DNA of 64,000 nucleotides from Acidobacteriota bacterium (GTDB lineage Bacteria; Acidobacteriota; UBA890; WLXD01): NCBI GenBank assembly GCA_029263335.1, contig JAJCXS010000147.1, positions 2,682 to 66,681 of the forward strand, read 5' to 3'. Shown piece by piece: positions 60,301 to 64,000 of this stretch (position 1 is its first letter; each line of letters starts with the position of its first letter). The notes under the pieces were generated by a model. It saw only the letters and a program-made list of their open reading frames with translations, ran no database searches and was not told where the DNA came from. The position numbers and the translations under genes were made by a program.

Positions 60301-60583
60301 TGAGGAGCTGTCGGGTGATCCCACCAAGCGCCGCCGCAGCGAGCCGGAGATGCCGGGCATCACGCGGCGGATGTTCACGGTCGTGGGCGGGGCCTGGTCG
60401 GTGAGCCACGGTCCGACGCAGACTCACCGTGAGCAGTTCGCCATTGCGGCCGATCTGTTCGCGGATCTGTTGCCTCGCCTGCGCAGCTTCATCGAGGGCG
60501 ACCTGCCCGCACTGCAGGATCGTCTCGAGGCGGCCGGCGTGCCGTGGACGCCAGGCCGCGGCGTGCCCAACTGGGAGCGGTAG
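57308..60583 (+). CDS. Sortilin/VPS10-like BNR (Asp-box) repeat protein, secreted
   Basis: Signal peptide. At least 11 Asp-box motifs (TTNAGVNWKPV, SVDGGNTFKK, TGDGGENWTK, TTNGGESWDK, SENGGASWSK, TEDGGRTWNAV, SFDAGSTWRF, SDDRGDSWQP, SEDGGANWRRV, STDRGNTWTSI, SPDHGGRWVEL). Paralog of 24548..27235. Confidence 0.8.
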   Translation: MSRFGRVVLALLLAVVLVPAFMAAPVGAQEEAEDDGPDMAKQVAGLSWRSIGPAFMSGRISDIAVHPDDRHTWFVSVASGGLWKTTNAGVNWKPVFDNYSSYSVGTVVIDPNDPQIVWVGTGENNSQRSVAYGDGIYKSVDGGNTFKKMGLENSEHIARIRVHPEDSNTVYVAAQGPLWASGGDRGVYVTGDGGENWTKILEISENTGVTDLIVDPRDPDVMYAAAYQRRRHVWTLLDGGPEGGIYKTTNGGESWDKLTRGLPAGDIGRIALAISPHKPDVIYSLVDAAEGRGTYVSENGGASWSKRSSYVSGSPQYYQELVVDPHDPDKVYSMDTFAQVTEDGGRTWNAVGEQDKHIDNHALWIDPDDARHHINGNDGGLYESFDAGSTWRFIPNLPITQYYKIAVGNDAPFYTVCGGTQDNATHCGPARTNTINGGRDADWFVPVFGDGFDPVIDPSNSDIIYAQWQHGGLIRHDRRTGESIDVKPRESADGPALRWNWDSAILISPHNPERLYFGAQMLFRSDDRGDSWQPVSGDLTRNLDRNQLDIFGRVWGVDSVRKNNSTSFYGTLVSFDESPVVEGLLYAGSDDGVVSVSEDGGANWRRVESFPSVPEMTYVNDLFASRHDADTVYAAFNNHKKGDFAPYVLMSTDRGNTWTSITADLPERGSVYTFNQDHVDADLLFVGTEFGVWYSPDHGGRWVELGSGMPTIAVRDLEIQREMNDLVAGTFGRGYIILDDYSPLRHTGAPADTVEAAVFPVREALAYIERTPLALSGRAFQGSDYFLAPNPDFGATFTYWLGDMPKTREAARKKRDAELAKEGEDVFYPTWEELKAEDREHDPSVFLVVRDVDGNVVRRVPGAARGGVHRASWDLRYAGFGPVSAGSDGNGPMAMPGNYTVEIVRWHDGSVETLTEPAPFEVVALGDPTIPVQDRAEVAAFNADVGRLQRAIMGTNAAAGDAAEQLDMMEQAVRRHPQVDLALIEQVEAMKQTLTDMREELSGDPTKRRRSEPEMPGITRRMFTVVGGAWSVSHGPTQTHREQFAIAADLFADLLPRLRSFIEGDLPALQDRLEAAGVPWTPGRGVPNWER

Positions 60584-60693
60584 TGTCCCAGTAGCCGGTT
60601 CGCCGGCTGTTCACAACGATGCGCAGGAAGCGTAACGCGCGAAGCTAGTTCTGGCTGTCGGCGGTTCGCCTTTCCGCCGACAGCCAGGTCGCC

Positions 60694-62091
60694 TCAGGGA
60701 CTGGACGAGCTGCCTTCGGAGGAGCCACGGCCCTCCGACTTGGCCAGGACGACTTGCTCGGTGGCGCTGTTGCCGGCCGAGTCCGTGGCGATGACGGTAA
60801 GGGTCGCCCGGCGAGTATGGAACTCAAGCACCCCCTTCTTCATCCGTACTCGATCCTTGCCGCCGCCCAGTTTGATGATCACACGCTGACCGTGGAGCAC
60901 CGAGTGCCCATTGATCTCGGCGACGATGTTCGGCGAGGGGTCGCAGGAATCAGTCGCCCTGGCTACGACCTCGAAACGGTGGCTGCGGAAGCCGGACCGA
61001 TCGTCGCCGGACTTGTCCGAGGCATGGTCCTTGCCCTTACGCTCGGAAGATCCATCGTCGTTGCGCTTGCCTCTAGGCTGCAGCGCCGCAGTTACGGTGG
61101 GCGCCGTGGTGTCGATCACGGTGACCGTCACATCGTCAGTGGACATCTCGCCAAGCGGGTCCATGACCGTGAGCGCGATGACGTGGGTTCCGAGCGGCAA
61201 CGTGACCGTCGGCAGGCCTCCGGTGACAGTGCCACCGCCTTCGATGAACGGCCCTCTCCAGGTGAAGGTCAGGGCGTCACCGTCTGGATCCGTGGAAAGC
61301 AGTCCGCTGAGGGAAACCGGTGTGGCGTCCAAGTCGCCGCACTCGATGGTCAAGTCATCTCCGGCATCCGCTATCGGTGCTGAGTTGAGAAACGGTCCGG
61401 TCATGGTGAGACGGATGTAATCCCAGCGCGCCAGCGACTGCTTGGGCTGGCTCGCGCTTCCGTTGCCGAATGCGAGAAAAGGCTCTGCCGCGGGCTCTGC
61501 ACTGCGCTGGCCGACGAAGTCGTCCTGCCCTTCGATGCTCACCCGGAAGGAATTCCCCTGTGCCGCGATCGTAAGCAAGACGTACTCGTCGCGGGGAACG
61601 TCCCAGACATGGCAAAACTCAGGTAGCGAATCGCAGCGCCCGGTGAAGGAATCGCTGCTCACCCGCACCTCGGTCGGCCGGAAGTCGACGAACAGAATCA
61701 GGTGGCCGTCGGTGAAGCGGAGATGGTCGGAATCGTCGTTTGCCTCGTCGTTCACGAGGCTCCCGCCGCTATTGGAGATCGCCAGGTGCCCTATCTCGAG
61801 CACCCACCCGATCGAGTTGTCGAGCGGCAGCAAGGCGTCCGGATTAATGCTGTTGGCGCCCGATCCGCTCGTTTCGAGCTCGTACGCGGTTCCACCGTCG
61901 GCCAACGGATCCGAGACGAGATCGTCGCGGACGATGCTCGTGCTGACGAGCCAAGTGGGACTGGCGAGATCAGGAAGAAGGTCTCCCTCATAGGCAATCC
62001 GAAGCGGATCCGCAGCGCGAGAATCTGCCACGAGCAGCAGGACCAGGATAAGCACAGACCAGGCGATGCGATTCCGTACGAACTTCTTCAT
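60694..62091 (-). CDS. Secreted protein with PKD/Ig-like domain(s)
   Basis: Signal peptide. Ig/PKD-like beta-sandwich segment (DPDGDALTFTWRGP…VTVTVIDTTAPTV). Confidence 0.45.
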   Translation of the reverse strand: MKKFVRNRIAWSVLILVLLLVADSRAADPLRIAYEGDLLPDLASPTWLVSTSIVRDDLVSDPLADGGTAYELETSGSGANSINPDALLPLDNSIGWVLEIGHLAISNSGGSLVNDEANDDSDHLRFTDGHLILFVDFRPTEVRVSSDSFTGRCDSLPEFCHVWDVPRDEYVLLTIAAQGNSFRVSIEGQDDFVGQRSAEPAAEPFLAFGNGSASQPKQSLARWDYIRLTMTGPFLNSAPIADAGDDLTIECGDLDATPVSLSGLLSTDPDGDALTFTWRGPFIEGGGTVTGGLPTVTLPLGTHVIALTVMDPLGEMSTDDVTVTVIDTTAPTVTAALQPRGKRNDDGSSERKGKDHASDKSGDDRSGFRSHRFEVVARATDSCDPSPNIVAEINGHSVLHGQRVIIKLGGGKDRVRMKKGVLEFHTRRATLTVIATDSAGNSATEQVVLAKSEGRGSSEGSSSSP

Positions 62092-62282
62092 GAGTTCCTC
62101 CCAGCGTTGTTAGTCTGGATCCGGCTACCTGATCCGCTATGCCCACTGCGAAGTGACGGCGACCGACGACGCCACACGGCCAGTGAACCATGGACGCGTC
62201 CGCTGTTGGGGCGCGAGAGGCAGCGCACATGGATTGCAGATTACGGACGGGCGCCAGGGCGACCACTCAGCGGAGCGGTGCG

Positions 62283-63410
62283 CTAGGTCCCGGATTGGAG
62301 GAGTTCGAAGATACGTTTGGCCGAGGCGGCCAGTGGGAGCTGCCTCGCCTCGGCCCGCGTGAACCAGTTGAGTTCGGCGTTCTCCGGCGCGGGCCGGGCC
62401 CCGGTTGCCAGCGAATCGGCTCGATAGACGGTGCAGGCGATGCGTCGGCTGGTGATGCCGTGGCGGATCTCTCCGACCGGACGGAGCGAGACGACCTCTT
62501 GACCCAACTCTGCAAGATAACGGCGTAGGTCGTCGGCCGGATCGTCATCGCCTTCGGCAACTATCGACTGGCGCAGGCGTGAGTCGCGGGTCGGGAACTC
62601 CCACATGTCCGCCAGTACCCCGGGGCGCTGGCCGCGCGCCAGCAGGAAGCGGCCGCCGCGCGCCACTACGCCGGCCGCTTCGAGCACGTTACGGATCTCC
62701 TGTTTCCGGCGAACCGGCAGCAACTCCTGGGTGCCTTCGGCCGCTGCGATACAGCGCGGGCCCAGGGGGCAGTCTGCGCAGCCCGGTGATTTCGGCGTGC
62801 AGACCCGCGCGCCGAGCTCCATGAGCGCTTGTGTCACATCTCCCGGGGCGTGCTCGTCCAGTAGCGATGCCGCCGCGCTTGTCAGCTGGCGGCGCACCGC
62901 CGCTCGGGTCGGTGCCTCGGCGACGCCGAAATAGCGGCACAGCACTCGATTGACGTTGCCGTCAATGCCCACATGCGGTTCGCCGAACGCGATGGCGGCG
63001 ACGGCCGCAGCCGTGTAGTCGCCGATGCCGGGCAACGCCCGGAGTGCCCCATACTCGCGAGGGAACTCTCCCGCCTGCTCGTGGACGATTGCCCGCGCGG
63101 CCGCATGAAGACTACGAGCGCGTCGGTAGTAGCCCAGCCCCGACCATTCCGCGAGAACCTCGTCGGGCGCGGCCGATGCGAGGGCGGTGAGATCGGGGAA
63201 CCGCTGCAGGAACCTCGCGTACCGCGGGACCACCGTTTCCACGCGCGTCTGTTGCAGCATGATCTCCGAAACGAGGATTCGATACGGGTCGGTGGTTCGG
63301 CGCCACGGCAGGTCGCGCCGCTCGGCTTCGTACCAGTGCAGTAGTGCCCGACCGGCGGCCGCGGCGAAGCGCGGCGCGGGGTGCGGCCCTTCAGTCGAGG
63401 CGGCCGGCAT
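62283..63410 (-). CDS. mutY: A/G-specific adenine DNA glycosylase MutY
   Basis: HhH-GPD domain (…LPWRRTTDPYRILVSEIMLQQTRVETV…LPGIGDYTAAAVAAIAFG), 4Fe-4S cluster loop (CTPKSPGCADCPLGPRC) and C-terminal NUDIX-like domain. Confidence 0.85.
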   Translation of the reverse strand: MPAASTEGPHPAPRFAAAAGRALLHWYEAERRDLPWRRTTDPYRILVSEIMLQQTRVETVVPRYARFLQRFPDLTALASAAPDEVLAEWSGLGYYRRARSLHAAARAIVHEQAGEFPREYGALRALPGIGDYTAAAVAAIAFGEPHVGIDGNVNRVLCRYFGVAEAPTRAAVRRQLTSAAASLLDEHAPGDVTQALMELGARVCTPKSPGCADCPLGPRCIAAAEGTQELLPVRRKQEIRNVLEAAGVVARGGRFLLARGQRPGVLADMWEFPTRDSRLRQSIVAEGDDDPADDLRRYLAELGQEVVSLRPVGEIRHGITSRRIACTVYRADSLATGARPAPENAELNWFTRAEARQLPLAASAKRIFELLQSGT

Positions 63411-64000
63411 CGCGCAACAACCCTCGGACGAGGTGCTCGGACGACCATTCGCCGCCCGAGAGCAGCTTGTTGGTCTTGTCCGGAATGCCCAGGGCGCTCG
63501 CGATCTCGCGGATCGAACGCCCCTCCTCCAGGTGGACGATCGCTTTGTTGCGCAGTCCTAGTAGTCGATCGAGCTTCTTGCCGATCTGATGCTGGTGGCT
63601 CATGTGGCGACCCGTGTGCTGGCAGAAAAGCTCGCAGTCCGGAATTGCCAACACCGCGCGGATCGACTCGATCAGCAGACTGATGTCCTCGTACGCGAAG
63701 GCCCTGGCCACCCGATCGGTCAGATACAGATCGCCGCCAAACAACCAGTTTTGCGATGGCTCGTGCAGCACAACGTGATCGGGGGCGTGTCCGGGCGTAT
63801 GGATCACCCGAAAGCTGTAGTTGTCGGTCGTGAACGTCTCGCCCAGGGGCTGCGTTTCTACCGCAGCGTGCTGGCCCCAGTAGAGGCGACGATACAGCGG
63901 CAAACGTTCCGGTTTGGCGGCAAGAGGCTGACCAACCGGGTGAATCCACGGCCGGACACCCAGCTCCCGGGCAACCAGGTCGGCGTTGCCGACGTGGTCT
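63391..64000 (-). CDS. MBL-fold metallo-hydrolase (partial; N-terminus beyond window end)
   Basis: …HTPGHAPDHVVLHE… beta-lactamase-fold metal-binding motif. The frame is open to the window edge. Confidence 0.55.
   Translation of the reverse strand, partial: DHVGNADLVARELGVRPWIHPVGQPLAAKPERLPLYRRLYWGQHAAVETQPLGETFTTDNYSFRVIHTPGHAPDHVVLHEPSQNWLFGGDLYLTDRVARAFAYEDISLLIESIRAVLAIPDCELFCQHTGRHMSHQHQIGKKLDRLLGLRNKAIVHLEEGRSIREIASALGIPDKTNKLLSGGEWSSEHLVRGLLRDAGRLD

Noticed and set aside
1-64000. CRISPR arrays or other short interspersed direct-repeat arrays
   Set aside because: No regularly spaced short direct repeats with unique spacers were seen anywhere. The only tandem repeats are in-frame coding repeats (33195-33950) and triplet tracts.

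Overview
This window is a high-GC bacterial chromosomal segment with about 50 supportable genes. The gene content suggests an Acidobacteriota/Gemmatimonadota-like soil lineage: four FtsX-type duplicated 'ADOP' permeases (three with adjacent PadR regulators), two BNR/sortilin-like beta-propeller proteins, a tricorn protease homolog and two ECF sigma/anti-sigma modules. Recognisable housekeeping genes are mpg, a PAP2 phosphatase, an RRM RNA-binding protein, msrB, mutY, OvoA (5-histidylcysteine sulfoxide synthase) and a LanC-like lipoprotein.

Four observations deserve follow-up:
1. The DUF3179 gene (2176..3216, minus strand) has an in-frame TGA that, by my recollection of the family consensus, falls on the first Cys of its conserved C-P-L-C/T-G motif. 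A GC-rich hairpin lies 13 nt downstream of the TGA, so this is a candidate new selenoprotein.
2. An integrated element of about 9 kb (about 43.5-52.5 kb) sits in the 3' end of a tRNA-Glu(CUC). It is bounded by a 15-17 bp direct repeat, carries a large serine recombinase, and its cargo is three uncharacterised genes, including a 1213-aa protein whose C-terminus has a PD-(D/E)xK nuclease motif. This is a candidate novel defence or toxin cassette.
3. An ECF sigma/anti-sigma pair is followed by two paralogous secreted proteins that each have a poly-Asp/Gly tract and beta-rich repeats. These two proteins flank a TPR-CHAT protease.
4. An orphan OmpR-type response regulator has Glu in place of the phospho-acceptor Asp, and lies next to a secreted agmatine-deiminase-like (GME superfamily) protein.

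The six-frame track contains many spurious antisense ORFs, as expected at this GC content. These were not annotated.
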